This document shows positions 40,404-49,359 of a stretch of DNA of 64,000 nt, in pieces. The notes beneath the pieces are model-generated. The model saw nothing but the letters and a program-made list of their open reading frames with translations, had not been told where the DNA came from and ran no database searches. The DNA is from Akkermansia muciniphila (GTDB lineage Bacteria; Verrucomicrobiota; Verrucomicrobiia; Limisphaerales; SIAT01), in assembly GCA_945900775.1 (NCBI GenBank), contig CAMDJP010000009.1, forward strand, positions 7,511-71,510. Direction: 5' to 3'. The position numbers and the translations under genes are program-made. Position 1 is the first letter of the stretch. Each line of letters begins with the position of its first letter.

Positions 40404-41575
40404 TGATGAATCGTCTCCTAGACATCTTCACCTCGCTACGACTTACGGTCGTCTGCCTCGCATTCTCCCTCGTGCTCGTGCTCGTCGGCACTCTTGCGCA
40501 GGTGGATGAGGGGCTCTATCAGGCGCAGGAGCGCTACTTCAAGAGTTGGTATGTCTGGGGCATCACCATTTCGAACCAGAAGCTCCCCATTGTGTTTCCG
40601 GGAGGCTACTTAATCGGTGCTGTTTTGCTGTTGAATCTGCTCGCTGCGCACGCTCAGCGTTTTCATTTCTCCTGGAAGAAGGCCGGAATCCTGATGACCC
40701 ATGCTGGGCTCATCCTGTTGTTGCTCGGCCAGCTTTTCACAGACTTGCTATCCCGTGAGAGCCAGATGCGCATGGCCCGCGGCGAGACCAAGAATTACTC
40801 CGAAGATTCGCAGGCTAGCGAGCTGGTTCTCATCTCCCCCGCGAAAGATAACGCGGACGAGGACGAGGTGGTTTCCATCCCAGAATCCATGCTGCGGGAA
40901 GGGGCGAAAATCACCCATGCCAACCTCCCGTTCACGCTCCAGGTGAAGAAGTATTGGCGCAACTCCAGCATCTCATCCAAGCCGCGTGAAGGAGCTATTA
41001 TGGCCGGCGCCACCCACGGACCGGGGCAGGGCGTGAATATTCTGCCGAAATCGCCGGTTACCGCGATGGACGAGGTAAACCTGCCCAGCGCTCTCATCGA
41101 GATTGATGGGGGGAAGGATTCTCTCGGCCGCTGGCTGGTCTCCAGCCAGTCGAGCGCGAAGCAGACGTTCGAGTACGGTGGGAAGAAGTGGCAGATCGCA
41201 ATGCGCTTCTCGCGCTACTATCTACCGTTCAGCCTCACGCTGCTTGAGTTGCGTCACGATATTTACAAGGGTACTGAGATTCCGCGCAACTTCTCCAGCC
41301 GCATCCAACTTGCCAATCCTTCCGCCAAAGAAGAGCGCGAGACGCTCATCTACATGAACAACCCGCTGCGCTACGGAGGGCTGACCTTCTACCAGCATCA
41401 GATGACGAGCGAAGAGATGGCGCAGCAGTTCGGCGTGTCGCCGTCGTCCACGCTGCAGGTCGTGCGCAATCCGGGTTGGCTCACCCCGTATTTGGCCTGT
41501 CTGCTGGTCGCGTTGGGGTTGTTCTACCAGTTCGGAGCGCACCTCATTCAATTCCTCCGCAAAAGGGTTTCCTAA
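40400..41575 (+). CDS. Cytochrome c biogenesis protein ResB/CcsB-like
   Basis: SLRLTV, GTLAQ, THAGLILLLLG (TM His), IYMNNPLRYGGLTFYQ, LQV..NPG. Confidence 0.85.
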   Translation: MMMNRLLDIFTSLRLTVVCLAFSLVLVLVGTLAQVDEGLYQAQERYFKSWYVWGITISNQKLPIVFPGGYLIGAVLLLNLLAAHAQRFHFSWKKAGILMTHAGLILLLLGQLFTDLLSRESQMRMARGETKNYSEDSQASELVLISPAKDNADEDEVVSIPESMLREGAKITHANLPFTLQVKKYWRNSSISSKPREGAIMAGATHGPGQGVNILPKSPVTAMDEVNLPSALIEIDGGKDSLGRWLVSSQSSAKQTFEYGGKKWQIAMRFSRYYLPFSLTLLELRHDIYKGTEIPRNFSSRIQLANPSAKEERETLIYMNNPLRYGGLTFYQHQMTSEEMAQQFGVSPSSTLQVVRNPGWLTPYLACLLVALGLFYQFGAHLIQFLRKRVS

Positions 41576-43596
41576 TGGCTACCGAACAGAAAACTAAGTC
41601 GTGGCCGCGCTGGCTGCCCTGGGTGATTGTCGGCGTGTTCGCCTTGGAACTCCTGCTGGCACTCCGGCCGGCGCGTAGCAAGGGCGAGATCGACATCGCC
41701 GGTTTCGGCCGGCTGCCGGTGCTGCTCAACGGCCGTGTGCAGCCCCTCGATTCGGTGGCGCGCAATGCGCTGCTGCAGATTCGAGGCAACACCGACGTGC
41801 CGCTCGAAGGCAATGCCGCCGGAGGGCGCTGGGGTAATCTAGCGGATTTTCACAAAGCCAAGGTCGGCTCGTTCAGCGAGCGCAAGTGGCACCAGTTCGG
41901 TCGCCGTGCGAAGAAGCTTAAGCCCACCGAGTGGCTGATGGAGGTGCTCATCCGCCCCGAGGATTCGGACCAGCGGTTCGTATTTCTCATTCACCATCCT
42001 GAGCTGCTCGCCGAGCTCAACTTCGAGAGGCTCGGTCTCGAGAAATCCGGCCTGCGCTACTTCACCTTCCGAGACCTTCAGCCTCAGCTGAAGCTCATTG
42101 AGGATAGAGGTCGGACCGTCGCGGAGATTAAGCCGGAGCTGCGCACGCCCTACGAAAAGGCCGTGATGCAGCTTGGCAATGCGCTTCAAATCTATCTCCG
42201 CCTAAAAATCAGTCTCCAGCCGAACAGCCTGCGCCCAGACGGCAAGGACTTCGACGCCGAGTTGGCCGACCTGCGTGCGGCCATTCCCGCTGGTCTTGAG
42301 GCCATTCGCAAGCAGCAGTCCGGCGACAGCTACGACAAGGAAGCCTTCGCACGGCTGCTCGCTCTCGCCGAGCCGTACGGCGTGATGGCTGATCGTGGTT
42401 ATCTCCTCATGATTCCTCCGGCGGATCCGAAGAAGTTGCCTGATGATTGGAGCAAGATGGGCGTCGCCCTTCTGAACTCCATCCGCTCGGGTGAAGTGCC
42501 TCCTACCGCCTACGCCTACGCCAAGATGAGCAGCGCGTATGCGATGGATGACGGCGCCGCGTTTAAAGAGGGTTTGAGTATGCACCAAAGGGCCTTCGCC
42601 GGTCCGCTTGACCGGGAAACGGGCAAGGCGATCAAGGAGCATTATTTCAACCACTATCAGCCATTTCTGCGCAGCCAGATCATCTATCTCGTGGCGCTCA
42701 TCCTCGCCTGTTTCTCTTGGCTGAATCTGTCGCAGTGGCTGAATCGTTCGGCCTTCTACCTCGTACTGCTCGGGTTGGTGACGCACACCTCCGGCATTAT
42801 CTTCCGGATGTACATCGAAGACCGTCCGCCGGTGACAAATCTCTATTCCTCGGCCATCTTTGTCGGTTGGGGTGCGTCCGTACTCGGCGCGGTGCTTGAG
42901 CGCATCTACCGCAACGGCATCGGTTCGGTAACAGCTGCGGCCGTCGGATTCATCACCCTGATTATCGCCAGTCATCTCGCGCTCGGCGGCGACACGATGG
43001 AGATGATGCGCGCGGTGCTCGATACGAACTTCTGGCTCGCGACGCACGTGGTTGTGATTACCCTCGGGTACTCCGCTACTTTCCTCGCTGGCTTCCTCGC
43101 CCTTGTGTACATCCTCCGCGGCGTGCTCACGCGCTCGCTCGACGCCGCTACTGGCACATCTCTCTCACGGATGGTCTACGGCATCGTCTGCTTCGCAACC
43201 TTGTTCAGCTTGGTTGGGACCGTTCTCGGCGGCATCTGGGCTGACCAGAGCTGGGGCCGTTTCTGGGGCTGGGACCCGAAGGAGAACGGAGCACTGCTTA
43301 TCGTCATCTGGAATGCAACCATCCTGCACGCACGCTGGGGCGGCATGATCAAAGACCGCGGGTTGATGAACATGGCGCTCTTCGGCAATATCATCACTGC
43401 CTTCTCGTGGTTCGGTGTGAACATGCTTGGTATCGGTTTGCACAGCTATGGTTTCATGGACGCCGCCTTCAAGTGGATTGCCATCTTCACTGCCAGCCAG
43501 CTTCTACTCATCGCTATCGGCTCGGTGCCGCTGCGCCTGTGGGGCAGCGCGGCGGCATTGGACAAATCCTCTCCCGGCAGCAAACCAGCGGCTTGA
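41575..43596 (+). CDS. ccsA: Cytochrome c biogenesis protein CcsA/ResC with large N-terminal periplasmic domain
   Basis: GRVQPLD, PPVTNLY, WLATHV, WWD domain GGIWADQSWGRFWGWDPKE, GLHSYG. Confidence 0.9.
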   Translation: MATEQKTKSWPRWLPWVIVGVFALELLLALRPARSKGEIDIAGFGRLPVLLNGRVQPLDSVARNALLQIRGNTDVPLEGNAAGGRWGNLADFHKAKVGSFSERKWHQFGRRAKKLKPTEWLMEVLIRPEDSDQRFVFLIHHPELLAELNFERLGLEKSGLRYFTFRDLQPQLKLIEDRGRTVAEIKPELRTPYEKAVMQLGNALQIYLRLKISLQPNSLRPDGKDFDAELADLRAAIPAGLEAIRKQQSGDSYDKEAFARLLALAEPYGVMADRGYLLMIPPADPKKLPDDWSKMGVALLNSIRSGEVPPTAYAYAKMSSAYAMDDGAAFKEGLSMHQRAFAGPLDRETGKAIKEHYFNHYQPFLRSQIIYLVALILACFSWLNLSQWLNRSAFYLVLLGLVTHTSGIIFRMYIEDRPPVTNLYSSAIFVGWGASVLGAVLERIYRNGIGSVTAAAVGFITLIIASHLALGGDTMEMMRAVLDTNFWLATHVVVITLGYSATFLAGFLALVYILRGVLTRSLDAATGTSLSRMVYGIVCFATLFSLVGTVLGGIWADQSWGRFWGWDPKENGALLIVIWNATILHARWGGMIKDRGLMNMALFGNIITAFSWFGVNMLGIGLHSYGFMDAAFKWIAIFTASQLLLIAIGSVPLRLWGSAAALDKSSPGSKPAA

Positions 43597-43653
43597 AACC
43601 TTGACCCTCTGGCCCGTCTCAGCAAACGTCGCGTCGTCTGATGACGTCTTGAC

Positions 43654-45006
43654 GTGAACGCCCCCGCCCCCAGCCTGCCGCCCGGCCTGAACAACATGTT
43701 CGGGTTTCAGGTGTTCAATTCGCTCTCGTTCCAGATCATCCTCAGCAGCCCGATGCTCCTCTACGCGAAAAGCCTCGGCGCCAGCGCGACGGTCCTTGGG
43801 CTCATCACAGGGATGATGCCGCTGCTCGTCATCTGCCAGATTCCGGCAGCGAAGCACGTTGCGCGTATCGGCTATCGGCGTTTCATATTCACCGGGTGGG
43901 GGACGCGTGTTCTATTCATCTTCATGCTCGCGGTCGTGCCGTTGATGGGCGGCCAATGGCTTTCTGACTCCAGACGGCTTGGGCTGGTGTTACTGGTGCT
44001 CTTCGGTTTCAACCTCGTCCGCGGCATTTCGAGCGCAGCGTGGTTGCCGTGGATTACCGCGTTGATTCCGGATGCGGTGCGCGGACGCTATCTCACGCGC
44101 GAGGCGGCTTTTGGAAATCTCGGCAGCTTCGGCGCATTCCTGCTCGCGGCGATTTATCTTGGTCAGCAGCCACTAGGAAAGATTGAAAGTCACCGCTTCG
44201 CCGTGCTCTTCGCCTTCAGTGCCGTGATGGGGGCGATCAGTCTTGCCTTTCTGCGACGCATCCCCGAACCGCCGGTGCCGGAGGAAGAGATTCGCGGTTC
44301 ACGGGAGCCTGTGCCGTGGAAAACCATCATCGGCTTTGAGCCGTTCCGGAAGCTGCTCGTCGTGAATGCCGTCATCGCACTGGCGATCGGGGGGCTGGGG
44401 ACATTCGTGGTGGACTTCCTCAAGACCGACGGCGCTCTGAGTGAGGGGCGCATCTTGTTGGTCACGGCGATGACCTTCATCGGCGGGTTGAGCAGTCTGT
44501 GGGTGATCGGCTCGCGTCTCGACCGGTTCGGTAGCCGGCCGGTGATACAGTTCGCCCTAGCGGGCTTCTTCTTGGTCTTGCTCGGCTGGGTGCTTATTGC
44601 TGCACGCGTCTTGCCGATGCGACTCGAGTTGATGTTCGTCTTGCATTTCCTGATGGGCCTCTGCGGCGCGCTCTTCGGCATGGGAATGACACGCTTGGCA
44701 ATGGCAATCGTGCCGGTGATGGGCCGCAGCCATTTCTTCGCGCTCTACTCCGTACTGGGCAGCGTGACGCTCGGTGTTTCGCCGGTGCTCTGGGGCGGAG
44801 TGATCGACTTGCTCAAGCCGCTGCGAATGACTTGGCTCGGCGCGGAATGGAACGCTTTCAGCATCGCCTTCGCGGCGATGAGCGTGGGTGGGTTGGTGAC
44901 GCTGGGGTTCTGCCGGCGTCTTGTCGAGCCGCAGGCGGCGCGGGTGGAGGATCTGCTGCGCGACCTCTTCCAGCAACCGCTCGTGCGCCTCTGGTTCCGC
45001 CGCTGA
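43654..45006 (+). CDS. MFS transporter
   Basis: About 12 hydrophobic segments, RGRY, G.RLDRFGSRP (motif A-like). Confidence 0.82.
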   Translation: MNAPAPSLPPGLNNMFGFQVFNSLSFQIILSSPMLLYAKSLGASATVLGLITGMMPLLVICQIPAAKHVARIGYRRFIFTGWGTRVLFIFMLAVVPLMGGQWLSDSRRLGLVLLVLFGFNLVRGISSAAWLPWITALIPDAVRGRYLTREAAFGNLGSFGAFLLAAIYLGQQPLGKIESHRFAVLFAFSAVMGAISLAFLRRIPEPPVPEEEIRGSREPVPWKTIIGFEPFRKLLVVNAVIALAIGGLGTFVVDFLKTDGALSEGRILLVTAMTFIGGLSSLWVIGSRLDRFGSRPVIQFALAGFFLVLLGWVLIAARVLPMRLELMFVLHFLMGLCGALFGMGMTRLAMAIVPVMGRSHFFALYSVLGSVTLGVSPVLWGGVIDLLKPLRMTWLGAEWNAFSIAFAAMSVGGLVTLGFCRRLVEPQAARVEDLLRDLFQQPLVRLWFRR

Positions 45007-45007
45007 G

Positions 45008-45556
45008 TCAGTGGCGGAGCACGGTGAAAGGCGTATCGAACCAGAGACCGTTGAAGTCGAACTGCATCGTTGGCGGGTCGAATTCGCCAGCCATCCAAGT
45101 CACCTCGTTGCGCTCTTGGATGTGGGTACAAATTTCTTCAAAGAATGTCGGATCCAGTCCCACGATGCCGTAGCGGTTGCGGCGCAGTTCCTGTTTCTCC
45201 ATCGCGCGGCGCAGGTGCTCCGCCTCGCTGGGCGAGCGGCGGACAATCCAGATTTCGGCTTCGGGCGCCTTTACGGCCAGCTTGTCGAGCTTGGCGATGC
45301 TGCACTCGCCGCATTCCACCCAGAGCGACGGGCGGAGCTCGTAGTCGAGCTGCACGAGATCGGGCACGAAGCGGATGTTATCGTTGTGCAGGCGCGGCTC
45401 GATCTGCAGCCGCTCGCGCGCGAAGAGGAGGAATGCGAGGAGCTTCAAGACGACGTGGGCGATTGTCTCCGTCTCGTTCTGCGCGATGAGAATCTTCCGC
45501 GGAAGTGGTCGGCGCCGTTCCTGACTTTCCAATGTGAAGGTGTATCGTGCGCTCAT
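45008..45556 (-). CDS. YaeQ family protein
   Basis: AQNETET..HVVLKLLAF, PDL, LWVECG, KL.K (PD-(D/E)xK-like YaeQ pattern). Confidence 0.72.
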   Translation of the reverse strand: MSARYTFTLESQERRRPLPRKILIAQNETETIAHVVLKLLAFLLFARERLQIEPRLHNDNIRFVPDLVQLDYELRPSLWVECGECSIAKLDKLAVKAPEAEIWIVRRSPSEAEHLRRAMEKQELRRNRYGIVGLDPTFFEEICTHIQERNEVTWMAGEFDPPTMQFDFNGLWFDTPFTVLRH

Positions 45557-45587
45557 CCGTTCGTAGATCTGCAAGCCCCTTGTGGAA

Positions 45588-46772
45588 CTATAACTCCACA
45601 AGCACCAGCGTGCCCGGACGAACGAGTGTGAAAAGGTATTCCGCGTTCCAGTTCGCGAGACGGAAGCAGCCGAGCGACTCGGTGCGGCCGACCTGCTCCG
45701 GATGGGGTGTGCCGTGAATGCCGTAGCCGGGGCGGTCGAGGCCTATCCAGACGGTGCCCACGGGGTTGTTCGGTCCGGGCTGAAGAACGAGCTTGCCGAG
45801 CTTCTGCTTCGCCTCGGGCGAGTCGGGGAAGTTCTCCGGGTCGAAGGTATAGTTCGGATCGCGCGCGGTGACCGCCACAATGAGATTTCCCACCGGCCGT
45901 TTCTCGACGCGCTTGGCGATACTGCACGGGAAATGGACGAGCAGGTTCGTATTCGCATCGAAGGCCTGCAGCGTTTTCAGCGAGAGGCTGATGCGGATGA
46001 AGGCCGCTTTCGTAGCGGTCGGTGGGCGTTGCGCGTTTGGGACCTTCACCACGGTGTCGGCGATGCAGTTCGTCCAGTTCACAACGGGGTTGAGTTTGCG
46101 GATGAGATTGGTCGAGGCATGAAACTTCTCGGCCACCAATTCGAGCACGCTCTCATAATCAATTCGGTCCTGCTTCGATTTCTCCAACCAGTTCGAGCCA
46201 AGCGGGCGCAGGCGCGCGAGGTCGTTTGTGGTTATGGCGTAATTCGTATAGGCGGCCACATCGAGGGTGAGCCGTTGCTTCGTCTCGGCATCCAGCTCGC
46301 CGGTAATCGGCAGGTGATCCCGCTGCTGGAAGGCGCGCAGTGCGGCGCGCGTCTGTGAGCCGATGGCGCCGTCAATCGGGCCGGAGGAGATACCGTGACG
46401 GTTCAGCGCGAGCTGCGCTTCGAAGACGTTGCGCACGACGCGTGGGCCGTTCTCGGGAAGCGGGGTTTCCGTTGGCACGGGAAGGGTATTGGTGGCTGTG
46501 AGATTCGTCGCGCCAGCGGTCGCGTGGTTCGGACGGTAGCGGACAGGCGGCAGTGGGTCCGGCTTCGCCGCGACGGGGACGGGCTTCTGCGTATTCGTCA
46601 GTGGTAATTGTGCTGGGATTTTTTCTACGGGGACAGACGGCCGTTCAGCGCGGCTTGCAAACTTGGCGACAACACCGGCGGCTACAATCAGCACGGGCAA
46701 AATCCAGAGCAGATGCCGCCACGGCGATGGGCTCGAGGAGATTTTTTTTGCAAACGGATTCAGCGTCGGCAC
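45588..46772 (-). CDS. L,D-transpeptidase (YkuD) with peptidoglycan-binding domain
   Basis: N-terminal TM, AQLAL...G.IDG..G.QT..AL.AFQ (PG_binding_1), PGPNNPVG, YGIHGT, SLGCFRL. Confidence 0.9.
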   Translation of the reverse strand: MPTLNPFAKKISSSPSPWRHLLWILPVLIVAAGVVAKFASRAERPSVPVEKIPAQLPLTNTQKPVPVAAKPDPLPPVRYRPNHATAGATNLTATNTLPVPTETPLPENGPRVVRNVFEAQLALNRHGISSGPIDGAIGSQTRAALRAFQQRDHLPITGELDAETKQRLTLDVAAYTNYAITTNDLARLRPLGSNWLEKSKQDRIDYESVLELVAEKFHASTNLIRKLNPVVNWTNCIADTVVKVPNAQRPPTATKAAFIRISLSLKTLQAFDANTNLLVHFPCSIAKRVEKRPVGNLIVAVTARDPNYTFDPENFPDSPEAKQKLGKLVLQPGPNNPVGTVWIGLDRPGYGIHGTPHPEQVGRTESLGCFRLANWNAEYLFTLVRPGTLVLVEL

Positions 46773-47022
46773 AGAATGATTAGCGCATAGAATGGGGCTA
46801 TTGACGAGTCGTTTTGCTCCTTCCAGCGCTGTTGTGCAATCGGGTGAGGCAAAACGTGAATCAACGGCGTATCAGCGACCTAGGCTGCCCTTGTCGAAGC
46901 GGTTGGTAGTGACCGTCGGTTCGTTGCCGCCGGTGAGCGGCACGGCGTCAAACCTCGGAACGAACTCTATCGCCAAAGTGCTTTACCTGATTCATCGGGG
47001 CGTGTGGGCGAAAAATCGTGGT

Positions 47023-47823
47023 TCAGAAGCCGGGGTTTGCGCCGCCGCCGGCTGCGTAGGGAAGATTGTCGGAGAATCGGCGGATGTAAGCCTTCGCTCC
47101 CGGAGATGTCCAAAGAGGCGCACCGGTCTTGCAGTCCGCAATCGGGCCTAAATTCGCCGTAATCGGAGTAGTCGAACCGGGATCCACCTGAGGCATTGCG
47201 AAATATTCGGCGTGGCCGTCGGCGCACGCCACGTTGCCGCCGCCGTTATGACGAGTGAGACCCCATCCATAGGTGCTACCGGTGTGCCAATTATTTCGCG
47301 TCCAGTCGAAGTCTCTCGCCCACCAGTCGAAGTTGTTCATCGAGCGGGAATCTTCGGTGGTGACGAGATACTCGGAGGGGGTGTCGAGGTCGGCGCTGCG
47401 GAGAGCCCTTCCCGGGTTCCCCATGATGTGATTGTTGGATACATAATCCACGGGGTAAGGAAGGGGGCCGAATTGGGTTTGGGTGATGATCTGGTTTCCA
47501 GGACAAATGAACTGCGTCGGTCCCCCAAGAATCGGCTCTAGGAGGCGAAACCAAGTGTTCGCGGCCCCAGTGCCCGCATTTTCAGCCGCCGTTCCTTTGG
47601 GGAAACAATCGTCGTTGTCGCCATTGTACATCATGACGGCTAGTCCAATCTGTTTCTGGTTGTTCAGACATTTGGTCGTGTGTGCCCGAATCTTGGCTTT
47701 GCCGAGTGCCGGCAGCAGCATCGAGGCGAGGATGCCGATGATGGCAATAACCACGAGGAGCTCAATCAGCGTGAAGGCCACACAGAAAGCGTGAGGCTCA
47801 CCCAAAAGCGCCCTTATTTTCAT
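47023..47823 (-). CDS. Prepilin-type N-methylation / H-X9-DG (DUF1559-like) protein
   Basis: [56 protein letters not shown]. Confidence 0.9.
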   Translation of the reverse strand: MKIRALLGEPHAFCVAFTLIELLVVIAIIGILASMLLPALGKAKIRAHTTKCLNNQKQIGLAVMMYNGDNDDCFPKGTAAENAGTGAANTWFRLLEPILGGPTQFICPGNQIITQTQFGPLPYPVDYVSNNHIMGNPGRALRSADLDTPSEYLVTTEDSRSMNNFDWWARDFDWTRNNWHTGSTYGWGLTRHNGGGNVACADGHAEYFAMPQVDPGSTTPITANLGPIADCKTGAPLWTSPGAKAYIRRFSDNLPYAAGGGANPGF

Positions 47824-47856
47824 TCTACAATAGGTTTGGGGAAGTTGGACGCCATT

Positions 47857-49356
47857 TCAAGCCAAAAGACTTTTGATTACGTGCCCGTGCACGTCCGTGA
47901 GACGGCGGTCGATGCCGTTGTGGCGCCAGGTGAGCTTGGTGTGGTCGAGGCCGAGAAGACGCAGCATCGTCGCATGGATGTCATAGACCTGCGTCGGGTT
48001 CGCACGGTCGAGCGGCTTGTAGCCCCACTCGTCGCTTTCACCGGCGACGATGCCACCCTTGATGCCGCCGCCGCAGAGCCAGTTGGTGAAGACGAACGGA
48101 TTGTGGTCGCGCCCTTTGCCGCCCTGGGAACTGGGCATGCGGCCAAACTCGGTCGTCCACAGGATGATCGTGTCGTCGAGCATCCCGCGCTGCTTGAGGT
48201 CCGCGATGAGCGCCGCGGCACCGCGCGCCATGCCGTTGGAGAGCGGCCCGTGATCGCGCTGGATGTCCTCGTGCGAGTCCCAGTTGCGGCGGGGAAAGGA
48301 GTTGTCGTTGCCGCTCCAGATTTGCACGAAACGCACGCCGCGTTCGAGCAGGCGGCGGGCGGCGAGGCACTTTTGCGAAAAGTAATACGCTTCCTCGTCG
48401 GCGTTGATTTCCTTCGGCCATGTCTGCGGCCCGCGGTCGAGTCCGTAGAGCTTCATCACGTGGGCCGGCTCGGTTTTCAAATTGAGCGCCTCCGGCGCGG
48501 CGAGCTGCATTTTCGCGGCGAGTTCGTAGCTTTTGATGCGGGCGTCGAGCCGCTGGTCCTCGTCGCGTGTCTTGGCGTGGCTGCGGTTGAGCGAGGCCAT
48601 GAGCGCGTGTGCTTCGGCTTCACTCGCGGGCGTGATGTAGCTGCCCGCCTTGTGCGGATGCAGGTCCGCGATCGGCGAGTCGGTGCCGGGATAAATGACG
48701 GTGCCGCTGTGCTGCGATGGGAGAAATGCGGCATCCCAGTTTTTAACGCCGTTGCTCGCGAAGCCGCGATGATCGGGCAGCACCACGAAGGCCGGGAGAT
48801 TCTCATTCATCGAGCCGAGCCCGTAGCTCACCCAGCAGCCCGCGCCCGGAAATCCCGGCAGCACAAACCCCGTGGCCTGCTGCAGCGTGGCCTGCGAATG
48901 CACGCCCGATTTGCTGACCACATTGTGAATGAACGCGATGTCGTCCACATGCGCGCCGAGCGGCGCGACGGTCTCGCCGAGCATTTTCCCGCACTGGCCG
49001 TGCGGCGAAAAATCCCACACTGGTTTGAGCCACGGCCCGAGTCCGTCCTGAAATGCCTCGACGTGTTCGCCGAAGTTGCTGGGCTTCCCGTGGTGCTTCA
49101 CGAGCGCCGGCTTGAAATCCCAAAGGTCCAAATGGCTCGCCGCGCCCGACATGAAAAGTTGGATCACACGCTTGGCCTTCGGCTTGAAAGCGAATGCCGA
49201 CTTTGGATCGGGCGCCACTGACGCTGCCTGCGTTTCTCCCCGCAGCATGGCCGCGAGCGCGATGCCGCCGAGCCCGCCGCCACTGCGCCAGAGGAATTCC
49301 CGACGCGACACGTCGGGGCGGCCATGCGGGCGATGAAAGGGAGAATCGTTGTGCAT
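47857..49356 (-). CDS. DUF1501 family protein, predicted Tat-exported
   Basis: SRREFLW, AKRVIQLFMSGAASHLDLWDFKP, WDSH, TTEFGRMP, GRDHNP. Confidence 0.92.
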   Translation of the reverse strand: MHNDSPFHRPHGRPDVSRREFLWRSGGGLGGIALAAMLRGETQAASVAPDPKSAFAFKPKAKRVIQLFMSGAASHLDLWDFKPALVKHHGKPSNFGEHVEAFQDGLGPWLKPVWDFSPHGQCGKMLGETVAPLGAHVDDIAFIHNVVSKSGVHSQATLQQATGFVLPGFPGAGCWVSYGLGSMNENLPAFVVLPDHRGFASNGVKNWDAAFLPSQHSGTVIYPGTDSPIADLHPHKAGSYITPASEAEAHALMASLNRSHAKTRDEDQRLDARIKSYELAAKMQLAAPEALNLKTEPAHVMKLYGLDRGPQTWPKEINADEEAYYFSQKCLAARRLLERGVRFVQIWSGNDNSFPRRNWDSHEDIQRDHGPLSNGMARGAAALIADLKQRGMLDDTIILWTTEFGRMPSSQGGKGRDHNPFVFTNWLCGGGIKGGIVAGESDEWGYKPLDRANPTQVYDIHATMLRLLGLDHTKLTWRHNGIDRRLTDVHGHVIKSLLA

Positions 49357-49359
49357 GAG

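Noticed and set aside
45588..45730. L,D-transpeptidase SLGC instead of SHGC as a sign of inactivity
   Set aside because: The catalytic His (IHG) and Cys are present, and this position varies among active YkuD enzymes.
46790..47022. 119-aa plus-strand ORF (46792-47151) or ncRNA at the accessory-block boundary (CGTTTTGC...GCAAAACG stem)
   Set aside because: The ORF has no protein-like features and overlaps the prepilin gene; a single 8-bp stem is too weak for an RNA call; no att site was seen.
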